A DNA stretch of 64,000 nt from a virus. The DNA is taken from positions 32,831 through 96,830 of IMG/VR virus record IMGVR_UViG_3300042987_004038, one strand, 5' to 3'. Below, piece after piece: positions 39,545 through 50,109 of this stretch; within the stretch, counting starts at the first letter, position 1; each line of letters starts with the position of its first letter. The translations under genes were made by a program, and so were the position numbers. The notes beneath the pieces are model-generated. The model saw only the letters and a list, made by a program, of their open reading frames with translations, did not search any database and had not been told where the DNA came from.

Positions 39545-42500
39545 TGCCAACAGAGATAATGTTTTCTGATGTAACAATTCCCTCCGAGGGCGCAGGATCA
39601 GCCTCAAGATTTGCGGGATCTATTGTTGCGTCGGGATTGTCTACAGCAGGGCCTCTCACACCAGAATCAGTTGCAAGCAGTGAAACAGTTTCAACGTTTG
39701 TTGAGTCTGCAAACACTGTCTACAAATATGGGGAAACTATATATGATTCCGAGCTAAAGGACAAGGGTATAACCAGCGCATATCCTGTTATTTTAGGTAC
39801 AGTTCCGTTTACAAACATCTACAAGAATGAGAGTCTAACAAATTACGGACAGATTTTTCAAATACAAAATGATTTAAGAGACGTGACAGTCACTATCGCA
39901 GATCAAATTGTATCAAATTTTTATTTATCTGGTGGAAATCTTATTTCTGATACAACTGAATCATCAGCTTTAGGCGGTTTTAGTGCTACACTTTCATCTT
40001 CTCCGGGTGCTAGCGCCTTTGATGATCTAACATTAACTGAGTATGGTACCACAGACACATCTACTGCAGAGGAGACTACTACAGACGCTTCTTCCACTGA
40101 TTCTTCCACATTGACGGCACCATCAGGTCTTTCTCAGATTAGAGATTCCAACAACGAAAAATATAATAATCTCATATCATATCTTCCCAAGGTTGTCAAT
40201 CTTAGAAATTCACTCATAAATGCCGCTGAAAACACAGTTGTTCCAAGTTCAGAAAATTTAGGTACAATCATATACAAGGGAATTGGAACGTCACTGACTG
40301 AAATTGCGAACGCTTACGGCTCAGAGTATGACCCATCATCAGCTGATACAGCAGAATTTAACAATCTCACAGTAGAATACGTTGATGACGATGTATCGAA
40401 ATACGATACTGGAACAAAGTCACTTTTGAATAGACACATTGAAAAGTTTATAGGAGATACTTCATCTCTAGAAAATAGTCAATACAAGACAGCTTTGCAC
40501 TATCAGGTTGCCAAGGCAGCACTCTTTCAGATGACAGAAGGAATTAGTCTAAGCGATATCGAAGACTACGGATATACTTCTCCGTACAGAAATCTTGACT
40601 ACCAGCAAATAGCAAGTGTTGAAAAATTTAGAGAAGAATCAAGCAATTTTTCCATGAAATCTGATCTCAAGTTTGCCAAGGCGACTCTTTCTCTTGCAGC
40701 AGAAATTATTGACAGTGATTATGCGGTTCCTTCTGGAAAAATATCGGGACAAAACATTCCGGAAGAAATGGAAAAATATGGCGTTCATCATAAGGGGCAA
40801 TACGTTTATGATTCTGATGGGAATCTAATAGGCGGTGCGAAGGCTGCTCTTGCTTTCCAGGATAGCGTTTCTGGGACGTATTTGAATTCACAAAGTTATT
40901 ATAGAGATACGCAGGTATTTGATAACAATGATCTAACTTTTCTAGAATCAGTAGCAGTAGGGGCAGCTGCCGGAGCTAGCGCAGGTGTGATTTCTGATCC
41001 ACTTACAGTTACTGCAGGTGCTATAATCGGCGCGGTTGTCGGAGCTGTATCCGATGTTATCGAGGGAAAAACTCTGTCGCTGGGATATAAGCCTGTAGTC
41101 TCAGTTCTCAAAGATACAGCAACAGCCGGATTTATTAAGCAGATACCAACAGTTCTTGCCTACAAAATAATGGAAGATGCAGGAAATTCAAAAATATCGA
41201 GCTGGCCTAAATCAATTAGCCCAAGTGCGAGCGATTCTGTTGACGTGGAAGATACGATCGGCAATGACATAAGATACATTTTTAAGATTAGCAATAATCA
41301 GACAATTGCCCCCTTTGATACATCATTTCCGGAGGAAATTGGAAAAAGTCTCTCTCCGATATCTAGCGTTCTTTTGTACGGAGATACAGCGCTTGATGAG
41401 GTATCTGACGGCCTGAGTGATCTAAATGATAGAATATTATCATTCGCATCAGACAACAAAGCAGTCTTGACAAATCAATGTGCATTAACAATTCTTAAGG
41501 TTTTTTATGAGGAGTTTTCTGGATATTTCAAGGGATCAGTTTTTGGAGGAAATACTGGTACGGGATCACTTATTCGAACTTTGATGTTTTTGAGAGCATC
41601 TGAAAATGATACTTCAGCTGCTGTTTTGTATCGTGCAATTCACAAGGCAGACCTCTCACGCGAAGTTGTATCATACGATTCGGAGGAATATAATTCTTCT
41701 TTTGCTGTAGCAATGTATCAGATTTCAACAGGTCAATCTTACGAAAACCTGGGCGGAGAAAAGTTTAACGGACTGGAAGATCTGCTTGGCAAGGTTGAAA
41801 TAGATCCTTATAAAGACACCCAAGAAAATGTTTACAATACTGTTTTTAATGAAGTAGGAAATTCCTTCCAGATGTTCAATAGGATAGTTGAGACCCTTGT
41901 TGGAATATATCCTACAATTGGTACGAGCGGAACGTCAGGAACAAGGCTTGCTCACACAATTAGAATGTCTGCCTATACTATGTTTCTTTATTTTCTGAGA
42001 TTGATTAGAACTAAAGCTTATCTTGATTTTGTTGTTGACTCCGACGATTCTGATATTGTTCAATTTGTTCCTAAGCTAGAGTGGGATAAAGAAGTCACGG
42101 CTATGCTTGTTGCTTGTTTTGACAATGCATTTGTTAAAACTGAGCTTGATTCAGAGTCTGATTTTTCTTATTACGAAGAAATCATTGGATCAACTCCAGC
42201 ACAAGAAAAAATAGACACTGTGAACAATCGTCTTTTCAAGTATGTACGATCTCCAGTAAAAAATGCAATACAGGTTAGTCAAGATGTTGCATCTCTTTTT
42301 GCATACCAAAAAACAATAATTGAAAACCAGATTGACATCATTAATGAAATAAAGGAGTACTATAGCAAGATTACTGAAGTATTTGACGGAGATTCTGAGA
42401 GAGCAACTCTTCTTATTTCTAGATACCTGACACCAGAATCCATTGTTGAAATGCTCTACAAAGCAAAAAGGTACCAGAGTGTAATTCCCGGTACCGGCAT

Positions 42501-43320
42501 TACTGAAATGATTACAAGATCAGCAAGCTACAGATCCATAGTTGAAACAGTCTTTAAGAACATAATTCCAAATAGAGGAGATCTTGGGATTTGTGTCGTG
42601 GGCATTCCTTACGGTCATTTAGAAAGGTTAAGGTTGGCTCGTGCTACAAGGAATCGATACTTTGGCATACAAACAAATGTTGATGACGTGAGAACGTCTG
42701 TAGATGATGAAAATGATGTCACTTATCCTTTCAAATATATCGAAAACTCCAGCAGTCAGAGACCTGACGTTGGCGGTCCTTTTGATATTACAATTGCAAA
42801 TATTTATGATGATTTTTCATCTACAACTTTTCCAACCTCTATCGATGATGACAGCATAAGCCTTGCCGTCGTGGATGGACTCGAGGGTTTTAGAGATTCT
42901 GGTGTCACAAATGCAACTCTTACAGCGATAGCAAGGTCTTCTCTTGGTAGTTCTGAAAAGAACATCGATTTGCGTGCCTATCTCGTGCAGGCAGCTTTGC
43001 AATCTTACATTGAAGATATCTACGGATTGTATTTTAGATATGCATCAACAAAATCACCAATGAGAACAGAAACGTATCCTGAAGAAATATATGCAGAAAG
43101 CGCACTTGCAAATGCTGGATATACTCCAGGAACACCTGAGCAAAAGCTTGAGTACGCTAGGCTCAAGTCTGCAATCATGATGCACAAAGACTTTGCAACC
43201 ACTAGGATGCTTGAAGAGCTTGAGGCATCTCCGGTTTTTGATAAGATTGTGTATATTCTTTATAAGCAATCAGATCTTGGAAATATTCTAAACGAATTCT
43301 ACACAAAGGTGAAAGTATAA
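39544..43320 (+). CDS. Large acidic hypothetical virion protein
   Basis: 1258 aa, with a Ser/Thr/Asp low-complexity linker and an internal glycine-zipper hydrophobic segment. Confidence 0.6.
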   Translation: MPTEIMFSDVTIPSEGAGSASRFAGSIVASGLSTAGPLTPESVASSETVSTFVESANTVYKYGETIYDSELKDKGITSAYPVILGTVPFTNIYKNESLTNYGQIFQIQNDLRDVTVTIADQIVSNFYLSGGNLISDTTESSALGGFSATLSSSPGASAFDDLTLTEYGTTDTSTAEETTTDASSTDSSTLTAPSGLSQIRDSNNEKYNNLISYLPKVVNLRNSLINAAENTVVPSSENLGTIIYKGIGTSLTEIANAYGSEYDPSSADTAEFNNLTVEYVDDDVSKYDTGTKSLLNRHIEKFIGDTSSLENSQYKTALHYQVAKAALFQMTEGISLSDIEDYGYTSPYRNLDYQQIASVEKFREESSNFSMKSDLKFAKATLSLAAEIIDSDYAVPSGKISGQNIPEEMEKYGVHHKGQYVYDSDGNLIGGAKAALAFQDSVSGTYLNSQSYYRDTQVFDNNDLTFLESVAVGAAAGASAGVISDPLTVTAGAIIGAVVGAVSDVIEGKTLSLGYKPVVSVLKDTATAGFIKQIPTVLAYKIMEDAGNSKISSWPKSISPSASDSVDVEDTIGNDIRYIFKISNNQTIAPFDTSFPEEIGKSLSPISSVLLYGDTALDEVSDGLSDLNDRILSFASDNKAVLTNQCALTILKVFYEEFSGYFKGSVFGGNTGTGSLIRTLMFLRASENDTSAAVLYRAIHKADLSREVVSYDSEEYNSSFAVAMYQISTGQSYENLGGEKFNGLEDLLGKVEIDPYKDTQENVYNTVFNEVGNSFQMFNRIVETLVGIYPTIGTSGTSGTRLAHTIRMSAYTMFLYFLRLIRTKAYLDFVVDSDDSDIVQFVPKLEWDKEVTAMLVACFDNAFVKTELDSESDFSYYEEIIGSTPAQEKIDTVNNRLFKYVRSPVKNAIQVSQDVASLFAYQKTIIENQIDIINEIKEYYSKITEVFDGDSERATLLISRYLTPESIVEMLYKAKRYQSVIPGTGITEMITRSASYRSIVETVFKNIIPNRGDLGICVVGIPYGHLERLRLARATRNRYFGIQTNVDDVRTSVDDENDVTYPFKYIENSSSQRPDVGGPFDITIANIYDDFSSTTFPTSIDDDSISLAVVDGLEGFRDSGVTNATLTAIARSSLGSSEKNIDLRAYLVQAALQSYIEDIYGLYFRYASTKSPMRTETYPEEIYAESALANAGYTPGTPEQKLEYARLKSAIMMHKDFATTRMLEELEASPVFDKIVYILYKQSDLGNILNEFYTKVKV

Positions 43321-45143
43321 TGTCATCATACATTATAGATTCAGATCTTTTAACTGCTACATCCTCTGTTAGCATACCATTCTACTATGTCTATTTACCA
43401 TCAGATGAATCAATTTCAGCCGGATTTGTCTACAACTATTATACAAGAGATGAAGGTGTTTCTGAGGCAGCATTTACATCGCTAGATGCAATTGACGCGG
43501 ATAGTGATCAGTATGCTTTTGTTGTTGAAAACTGGGAAGAAGGTGTCTATCCTCGACAAGTAAATTTGACATTTACATCTGGCAATGCATTTCCTGATGC
43601 TCCTCTTGAAGCCGGAGTCTTAGCAGCTGCAGTCGATCAGAGAAAGGTTGTGTATGAAGACGCACCGTTTGAAAATGGTTTTTCATCTATAATAGTCCAT
43701 GACACATCTATTGATTCACTCGTCTATGAATCGACGCGAGCCATAAGGCCAGAGAGTAGAAGGAGTATTTCAGATACAACAAGAGATTTTTTAAATGTTC
43801 AAAAATTGCAATCAGCCGGTTTGAGATTTTCCAAGGCGCAGACACGTCAAGAAATAACAGCCCTCTATGATAGTGATGTCAAATCTTTGAATCTTGGTAT
43901 TTCATTAAATAATTTTTTCGTGAACGATGTCGTAAAGACGTCATCGAGATGGCAGTCATCAGTTTTTTCTGATGAATTTGCATATACGCTCGATGATACA
44001 CAGGCCACGCAAAGAGATGCTAGAGAATCTGCAGTTAATCCCTTTTCAATCACTGAGAACGAAATTGACATCCAAGTTGACAGTATTTACTCAACCTTTA
44101 TAAGAGCTGATGTTTCTTCTGGTATAGGAGTCAACTTAATAGATTATGGCACCGAATTTGCCAGTGGAAAAGTTGGTTATATTATCGAGAAGTATGGAGA
44201 ACAAATTGATGGGTCTACGCTAAGATATCCCGATATTATCATTGAAGATCCTTCTCAAAAATCTTATCTGGATCCTTACGTAAGATATGGGGGTGTGTAC
44301 AAATACAGAGTGAGAACTGTATATCGAACAACAGTCATTGGTGTAGATGAGAGCGATCTAGAAACATTCGAAGGATATGATATTTCTGTTATTTTGTTCG
44401 CAACAACAGGCGAATACACAACAGTTCAATGCGTTGAGAAAATTCCACCACAGCCGCCCATAAATATTTCATTCCAACAAACTCTGTCTGGATTATACAT
44501 TAGATGGAATTTTCCAATCAATACTCAAAAAGATATAAAGAGATTCCAGGTCTTTAGAAGAGAGAGTCTTAGTGACCCTTTTGAGTTGTTAAAAGAAATA
44601 AATTTTGATAAAACTATATTGCCCTATACATCGGGAGAAAATGTTCCTGATAGTAAAACACAGATAGAGAATGGACCTGTTAAGCATTATCTTGATAACG
44701 ATTTTTTTGAAATTGAGAGTGACTATATCTACGCACTATGCTGCATAGACGCACACGGATATTCTTCTTCGTTTTCTGAGCAATTTAGGGTTAGATTTGA
44801 TAAAATTACAGGAAAGCTGATTATTACAAGAGTATCGCCTGAGGGTGCACCAAAGCCATATCCAAACGTCAAAGTTGAAGGAGATTTCTTTGATGACCTA
44901 ATCAAAGATAGCGGACACAGTAGGGTCAGAATATACTTTGATCCCGAGTATCTTGACGTAACAAGGGATGGAAATAGCTTGTCTCTTATTTCTCAAACTG
45001 GTTACTTGGGTGTAAATTACAGACTTTCTTTGACAGAAATAAACCTGGGACAAAATCAATCAGTTGACATTTCAATTACAGACAATACAATAGGAGCAGA
45101 TGGTATTCCTGTGAGTATTGCAAAATTCTACTCATCTAGTTGA
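43320..45143 (+). CDS. Virion protein with fibronectin-III-like domains
   Basis: YLDPYVRYGGVYKYRVRT and PPQPPINISF...IRWNFP...FQVFRR...YIYALCCIDAHG. Confidence 0.55.
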   Translation: MSSYIIDSDLLTATSSVSIPFYYVYLPSDESISAGFVYNYYTRDEGVSEAAFTSLDAIDADSDQYAFVVENWEEGVYPRQVNLTFTSGNAFPDAPLEAGVLAAAVDQRKVVYEDAPFENGFSSIIVHDTSIDSLVYESTRAIRPESRRSISDTTRDFLNVQKLQSAGLRFSKAQTRQEITALYDSDVKSLNLGISLNNFFVNDVVKTSSRWQSSVFSDEFAYTLDDTQATQRDARESAVNPFSITENEIDIQVDSIYSTFIRADVSSGIGVNLIDYGTEFASGKVGYIIEKYGEQIDGSTLRYPDIIIEDPSQKSYLDPYVRYGGVYKYRVRTVYRTTVIGVDESDLETFEGYDISVILFATTGEYTTVQCVEKIPPQPPINISFQQTLSGLYIRWNFPINTQKDIKRFQVFRRESLSDPFELLKEINFDKTILPYTSGENVPDSKTQIENGPVKHYLDNDFFEIESDYIYALCCIDAHGYSSSFSEQFRVRFDKITGKLIITRVSPEGAPKPYPNVKVEGDFFDDLIKDSGHSRVRIYFDPEYLDVTRDGNSLSLISQTGYLGVNYRLSLTEINLGQNQSVDISITDNTIGADGIPVSIAKFYSSS

Positions 45144-45168
45144 TTTTTTGTGAGATGCGCAGCTTGTG

Positions 45169-45175
45169 ATATTTA
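45169..45175 (+). promoter_or_regulatory. Putative late promoter (ATATTTA)
   Basis: TGTGATATTTAAT context is identical to 51091..51103. Confidence 0.55.
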
Positions 45176-45194
45176 ATTGTGAGGATTGAAGAAA

Positions 45195-45899
45195 ATGGGA
45201 TATTTGGATCAGAGCACAAACAACATCATTCTTGATGCTGTTCTTACTGATACTGGTAGAAGGCTTCTGGCATCGCAGGGACGATTTGTTATAACAAAGT
45301 TTGCTCTTGCTGACGATGAGGTTGACTATTCCATCATTGAGCAGTACGGCAGGACTGTTGGAAAAGAGAAAATTGAGAAAAATACTCCTGTTTTTGAAGC
45401 ACTCACTAACCCAAATTTGGCGCTGCGAAACAGCCTCGTAAGCGTTTCAACTGTTTCAAATACTGTAACGTACCTTCCAACGCTTTCCATATCACCGACA
45501 GGAATCATTTCACTCAACTTTTCTAGCAAGTCAGCACAGACAGTCAATGTTACGCTTGAGATTGAGGATGGATTTTCTTGCCCACCTGAGCTCATTGACG
45601 ATGACTTCTTTGTGTATCTTGATAACAGGTTTTTGAGAGCGTATTCAAACAACGTCACTGTTCCATCTTCAATTTCGTCTACAAATACAGCGACTTATAT
45701 CTTTCCATCAAGCGCAACAAGCAGCACCAATCCTCTTGCCAGCCTTTCTTTTAGTCTCGTACCGCAATCTGTCCCTGCTGCAACGCAGACTGCATACAAG
45801 ATACCGGGAACTTCTTACATCTCCACCTACGTCGCGGTTATTGGAAGAAATTCTGGACAGAGAACAGATATTCAGGTCAACATAACAACAACACTGTAA
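45195..45899 (+). CDS. Baseplate/tail-collar-like protein
   Basis: MGYLD...DAVLTDTGRRLLA...FVITKFALADDEVDY resembles the N-terminal part of tail-collar/fibre attachment domains. Start re-called at ATG 45195. Confidence 0.6.
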   Translation: MGYLDQSTNNIILDAVLTDTGRRLLASQGRFVITKFALADDEVDYSIIEQYGRTVGKEKIEKNTPVFEALTNPNLALRNSLVSVSTVSNTVTYLPTLSISPTGIISLNFSSKSAQTVNVTLEIEDGFSCPPELIDDDFFVYLDNRFLRAYSNNVTVPSSISSTNTATYIFPSSATSSTNPLASLSFSLVPQSVPAATQTAYKIPGTSYISTYVAVIGRNSGQRTDIQVNITTTL

Positions 45900-45908
45900 G
45901 GATAGAAA

Positions 45909-47192
45909 ATGCCAGTCTACAAAGGAATTGGACCCAAAGACATAAAGACAGCAAAGTCTTTCTTGAATCAGCTTGTCGATGTAGTCCAGGAAAGCATCAG
46001 TGGATCAGCTACGAGAAAAGCATACGAAGTCTTTATATCTGGCTCTGGTGCAGCTTCTATCACGTCTTCTCTCTTTCAGACTGTCTTTGATCAAGATTTT
46101 ACGCTCGCAACTGCGAATGAGATGCTTGATATGACGATCGGGCTATATGCGTCTAGCACAATCGTAACTGAGGCTCCTGGATATGATGTTGATTCAGCAG
46201 GAAAGCTTGAATTTGATTCAAATTCTGCAATGATGAGAGAGAAGGTTCAAATTTACAACCAGTTCGCGCAGGTGCTGCTTGGAGATTCTAACTCACAATT
46301 TAGGTCTCCGTTTACGGGTCAGTCAACAGATGACAACATAGACGCAGCTCTTTTCATACCCATAAAGCGACTCTTCTTTAGGGATGGAATAAAGAAAGAG
46401 ACCTTTGCAATGAAGCTTTTTCAATCTGCAGCTCTAGATGGATCGCCGTCTGCCGGCACATATGAAAAAACAATTCTCAACGGATTGACAGCATCAAACA
46501 TCAGTTATCCAGGAGCATCTGGATCCATCATCATTACAGACGCAGGCGTAGGAAGCACGGGTCAATATACGTACGGCGGAACAGTTGCCAATCTAATAAA
46601 CTCCTCCAACACTTCACAAAACTTGGGACTCGTATTTTATGATCAGGGAATTGTCGTTCTTGACATGGAGAAGGTCTTCTTTGCAGATCAGCATATGAGT
46701 GGAACGATTAGCGCTGCAACAAGCTCTGATATTTTTTCTGGTGTCACAACAGTGGCAGGGACTACCTTCATTGGACGATCAGGCGCGCCTGTAGCAAATG
46801 TGGCAGCAAAATTTATTCCTGACTTTGTCGTTTCTGCGTCGATTGATGACATTGTAAACCACATCGCTTCAGTTAGATTTGGAAATACGTCTAATGCTAG
46901 CGATACTGCAATAACTTTCCAAAATCTAACAACAATAAATTCAACACTTGTGTTTTGTGAGGCTGCTGCAGATGAGTTTAACTACTCTTCAAATCCAACA
47001 TTCACAGATTCCGATGGTAGAATTGTGGTAATTGATAGCGGCTATGAGACTACTCAAAAGCCCTTCACATTTATAACTACAATTGGACTGTATGATGCTG
47101 CTGACAACTTGCTTGCAGTAGCTAAGCTTTCAAGGCCTGTTGAAAAGAATGACGAAAAGAAGCTTTCATTTAGAGTAAGACTCGACTACTGA
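45909..47192 (+). CDS. Baseplate/tail structural protein
   Basis: C-terminal EFNYSSNPTF...FITTIGLYDAADNLLAVAKLSRPVEK...RVRLDY. Confidence 0.65.
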   Translation: MPVYKGIGPKDIKTAKSFLNQLVDVVQESISGSATRKAYEVFISGSGAASITSSLFQTVFDQDFTLATANEMLDMTIGLYASSTIVTEAPGYDVDSAGKLEFDSNSAMMREKVQIYNQFAQVLLGDSNSQFRSPFTGQSTDDNIDAALFIPIKRLFFRDGIKKETFAMKLFQSAALDGSPSAGTYEKTILNGLTASNISYPGASGSIIITDAGVGSTGQYTYGGTVANLINSSNTSQNLGLVFYDQGIVVLDMEKVFFADQHMSGTISAATSSDIFSGVTTVAGTTFIGRSGAPVANVAAKFIPDFVVSASIDDIVNHIASVRFGNTSNASDTAITFQNLTTINSTLVFCEAAADEFNYSSNPTFTDSDGRIVVIDSGYETTQKPFTFITTIGLYDAADNLLAVAKLSRPVEKNDEKKLSFRVRLDY

Positions 47193-47198
47193 GGTGGC

Positions 47199-49586
47199 AT
47201 GTCTGTTATCGAGATCAGCCCAGACCTCGTAGAGGTGACAACACTGGTTTTGCAACCAAGCCAGTCTTTTTCATCTTCGTCTCTTGGCATGCAAGGTGCA
47301 ATTAGAATCTACTCAAAGCCCACAAACTCTCTAAAAAGCTTTTCCGGGATTAGTTCCACAAATGCTTATACAGAGACTTCTGGTGTGACTGAAGATGATG
47401 ATCTTCTGTACAATGCAAGCCAGCAATATATTTCTGGTGCTACATCTATTTTTAAACAAATGGACGCTTACATCAGAAATGTTTCAACAGCTGATGTAAG
47501 CAGCAGACAGTTTATCCAGACATTTCCTGTTAGAATGTTTTCTCCGCCGAGTGTCACTCCTACAACATTTACCGACTCAGACGGAGACGGAGAAGTAGAT
47601 TCTGATTCTGTACCGCAGGACAGAAGCGAATGGACAAATTTCCAGCGTAGAAATATTAGTAAATTCTTAATGCTGGAACAAAGAACACAAAATCATTTGT
47701 CTTTTAATGCTTATGTGAATTACAATAGCTTGAATTTTGTCTCATCGAGTAATTTTGGAACAAGTTCAGCTCTCATTTTTCCAAATTTTCCAGATGCAAA
47801 CGGGACGAGAGATTATACTCCTGATGGTCCTTTTACTCTGGACTTCTTCATAAAGCCTCGGGCGCCTATTGATGAAATTGAACATTTTAGGGCAGGAACA
47901 GTCTTTCATATTTCTTCGTCAATATGCGTTTCTCTTGTAAGTGGATCAAGTCTAGCTTCGGATAGAAAGCCAGACAAATTTAGGATACTTCTGCAGCTAA
48001 GCCAGAGCGCTGATATTCCTCCCTCCCAGATACATCTTGGTTCTCTTCCTGCATCCTCGCCTTTAGATCTTGCTTTTGTTACGCCGGAATTTCTTCAAAG
48101 AGACAAGTGGAGCAGAGTTACAATTCGATGGGGTGCAAAAAATAGAAACTTTGGAACCGGGTCTATACGGGTTGATAATAACATAACAAATTTTTCTTCA
48201 AGAACAGATTCTATCAAGACTGGGCTTAATAGCAACGCAGTTGTCATAGGGAACTACTACGACAGCGGCGACAGAATTGCAAAGTTTTTTAATTCAAATG
48301 CATCATTGAAATATGGAACTCTGGAAGATCCTATTCCGGGAACGAATGATCCTGCTGGTTTTTCATTTAGCAACCCTTTAAATGCTGAAGTTCATCACAT
48401 TTCACTTTTCAAGAGATTTCTCACAGACTCGGAAATTACAAACATCAATGACCTTTTTGTAGAGACTCCAGGCGCAAAAGGTCCCGCCTTTTTCTTACCC
48501 CCTTTCTTTACTTCATCAATCCCATCTGATGGTGTTACAACTTACATCACCCCTAATGTGCTTGCAACTGTTGATACAGACAGCCCAGTGTCATACCAGC
48601 TTGCGCTAGGATATAATTCAACATTTGTAAATCTCCAAAATTTTGTAGTTGATTTTGCTAGATCTAGGCAGTCACGTGCTTACAACATGTCGGATGGAGT
48701 TGCTGTTCCAACTGCTTTTGATTCCAGAGATGGCACCATTGACCAGCTTCTGATGTTGCAGAGACAAAATAGAGCTAGAAATTTTTTCATACTGCCCTGC
48801 GATGATGGATTTTTTGAGCCAAGCTTTGAGATTCTTGATAGTGATAATTCAAGATTTCAAAATATTGGAGCTTCAAAATCTACAATGCTTATATCGATGG
48901 ATGCCCTTGCTCCCCCAGGAGAGATCTCTGAGGGGGGTGTGTACATACGCGGCGCGGAGTTTTCTGATTTTTCATATGATGGATCTGATTCTCCTTATTT
49001 GCCGCTGTATCAAAACATAAGCTACGGAACAGTTGGGCTACCCGACAACAGTTCCAATAGAATGCTTGTTTTCACAATACCAAGTCTCTACTACATGTCA
49101 AGAATCATCCCAGAATCTTTTGTCCTAACAGATAGCAATATCTCATATTCAGGCGGGATTTCAATGACATTGAAAGATGATGGAAGAGGAAATATCTACA
49201 GATGCGACGCTGTTTCTAAACCAGCAAAATGGAATAGAGTTGGCGCGATCTTCTATAATCACGGAATTGTTGCTTTAATATCTCCGCATCTTTCATTTTT
49301 TGGAAGAAATTCGTATGAGATGTCATTTAGAGGAGAAATGAGAAAAACAATTGCAAATTTCTCAGTCCCGGCGCCGCCTAGCGCTTTCAATAAGTCTCAA
49401 AATCCAACCTGGCAATCTTTCCCACCAACAAATCTAAAATCAGAGCAAGCAAAAGAATTCAATTATATCTCAGGAATAAATCTTCACGATGATAATTTCA
49501 ACGTAGTGATGCGAGCTAGACTTGCACAGGTTGTTCAAAAAAGAGAAGGCGACGAAATAGTCTTTAGAATAAGATATGACTTCTAG
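47199..49586 (+). CDS. Tail structural protein with a LamG-like domain; C-terminus paralogous to 45909..47192
   Basis: FTLDFFIKP...WSRVTIRW (LamG-like) and C-terminal FNKSQNPTW...YISGINLHDDNFNVVMRARLAQVVQK...RIRYDF. Confidence 0.6.
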   Translation: MSVIEISPDLVEVTTLVLQPSQSFSSSSLGMQGAIRIYSKPTNSLKSFSGISSTNAYTETSGVTEDDDLLYNASQQYISGATSIFKQMDAYIRNVSTADVSSRQFIQTFPVRMFSPPSVTPTTFTDSDGDGEVDSDSVPQDRSEWTNFQRRNISKFLMLEQRTQNHLSFNAYVNYNSLNFVSSSNFGTSSALIFPNFPDANGTRDYTPDGPFTLDFFIKPRAPIDEIEHFRAGTVFHISSSICVSLVSGSSLASDRKPDKFRILLQLSQSADIPPSQIHLGSLPASSPLDLAFVTPEFLQRDKWSRVTIRWGAKNRNFGTGSIRVDNNITNFSSRTDSIKTGLNSNAVVIGNYYDSGDRIAKFFNSNASLKYGTLEDPIPGTNDPAGFSFSNPLNAEVHHISLFKRFLTDSEITNINDLFVETPGAKGPAFFLPPFFTSSIPSDGVTTYITPNVLATVDTDSPVSYQLALGYNSTFVNLQNFVVDFARSRQSRAYNMSDGVAVPTAFDSRDGTIDQLLMLQRQNRARNFFILPCDDGFFEPSFEILDSDNSRFQNIGASKSTMLISMDALAPPGEISEGGVYIRGAEFSDFSYDGSDSPYLPLYQNISYGTVGLPDNSSNRMLVFTIPSLYYMSRIIPESFVLTDSNISYSGGISMTLKDDGRGNIYRCDAVSKPAKWNRVGAIFYNHGIVALISPHLSFFGRNSYEMSFRGEMRKTIANFSVPAPPSAFNKSQNPTWQSFPPTNLKSEQAKEFNYISGINLHDDNFNVVMRARLAQVVQKREGDEIVFRIRYDF

Positions 49587-50109
49587 AAAAATATTAGGAC
49601 TGGATATTTCTACATCTTGCACGGGATTGTGTTGCTTAGACGATAATGGGACGATTGTTTTAATTGAACCAATCGTCTTGACCTCTCACAAGACATTTGT
49701 TGAAAAATGTAATTTAATAAAAGAGAGCCTTGAGAGTGTAAAGAGAGAACACAAAATCACAGATGTATTTATAGAGCAAAATTTAAGCTCTTTTAGGCGA
49801 GGTCTTTCTTCTGCACACACTATCAACACACTTGCAAGATTCAACGGTGCATGTAGTTTTATCGCATACCAGGTCCTTGGAGTCGATCCGATCTCTTTGA
49901 ATGTTACAAATGCTAGAAACCATCTTAAAATAAAGATTGATCACAAGGACAAGACTCGAAACACAAAGCAGAAAGTTTTTGAATGGGTTGATTCAAAGAT
50001 TCACGTAGAGTGGCCACGCAAGAAGAACGGAGACATTAGAGAGACAGCGTATGACATGGCAGATGCATATGTGATAGCAATGGCAGGGCTGATGGGTTGT
50101 AAAGAGTAA
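49576..50109 (+). CDS. RuvC-like Holliday junction resolvase
   Basis: ILGLDISTSCTG, VFIEQ, DMADA. Confidence 0.85.
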   Translation: MTSRKILGLDISTSCTGLCCLDDNGTIVLIEPIVLTSHKTFVEKCNLIKESLESVKREHKITDVFIEQNLSSFRRGLSSAHTINTLARFNGACSFIAYQVLGVDPISLNVTNARNHLKIKIDHKDKTRNTKQKVFEWVDSKIHVEWPRKKNGDIRETAYDMADAYVIAMAGLMGCKE

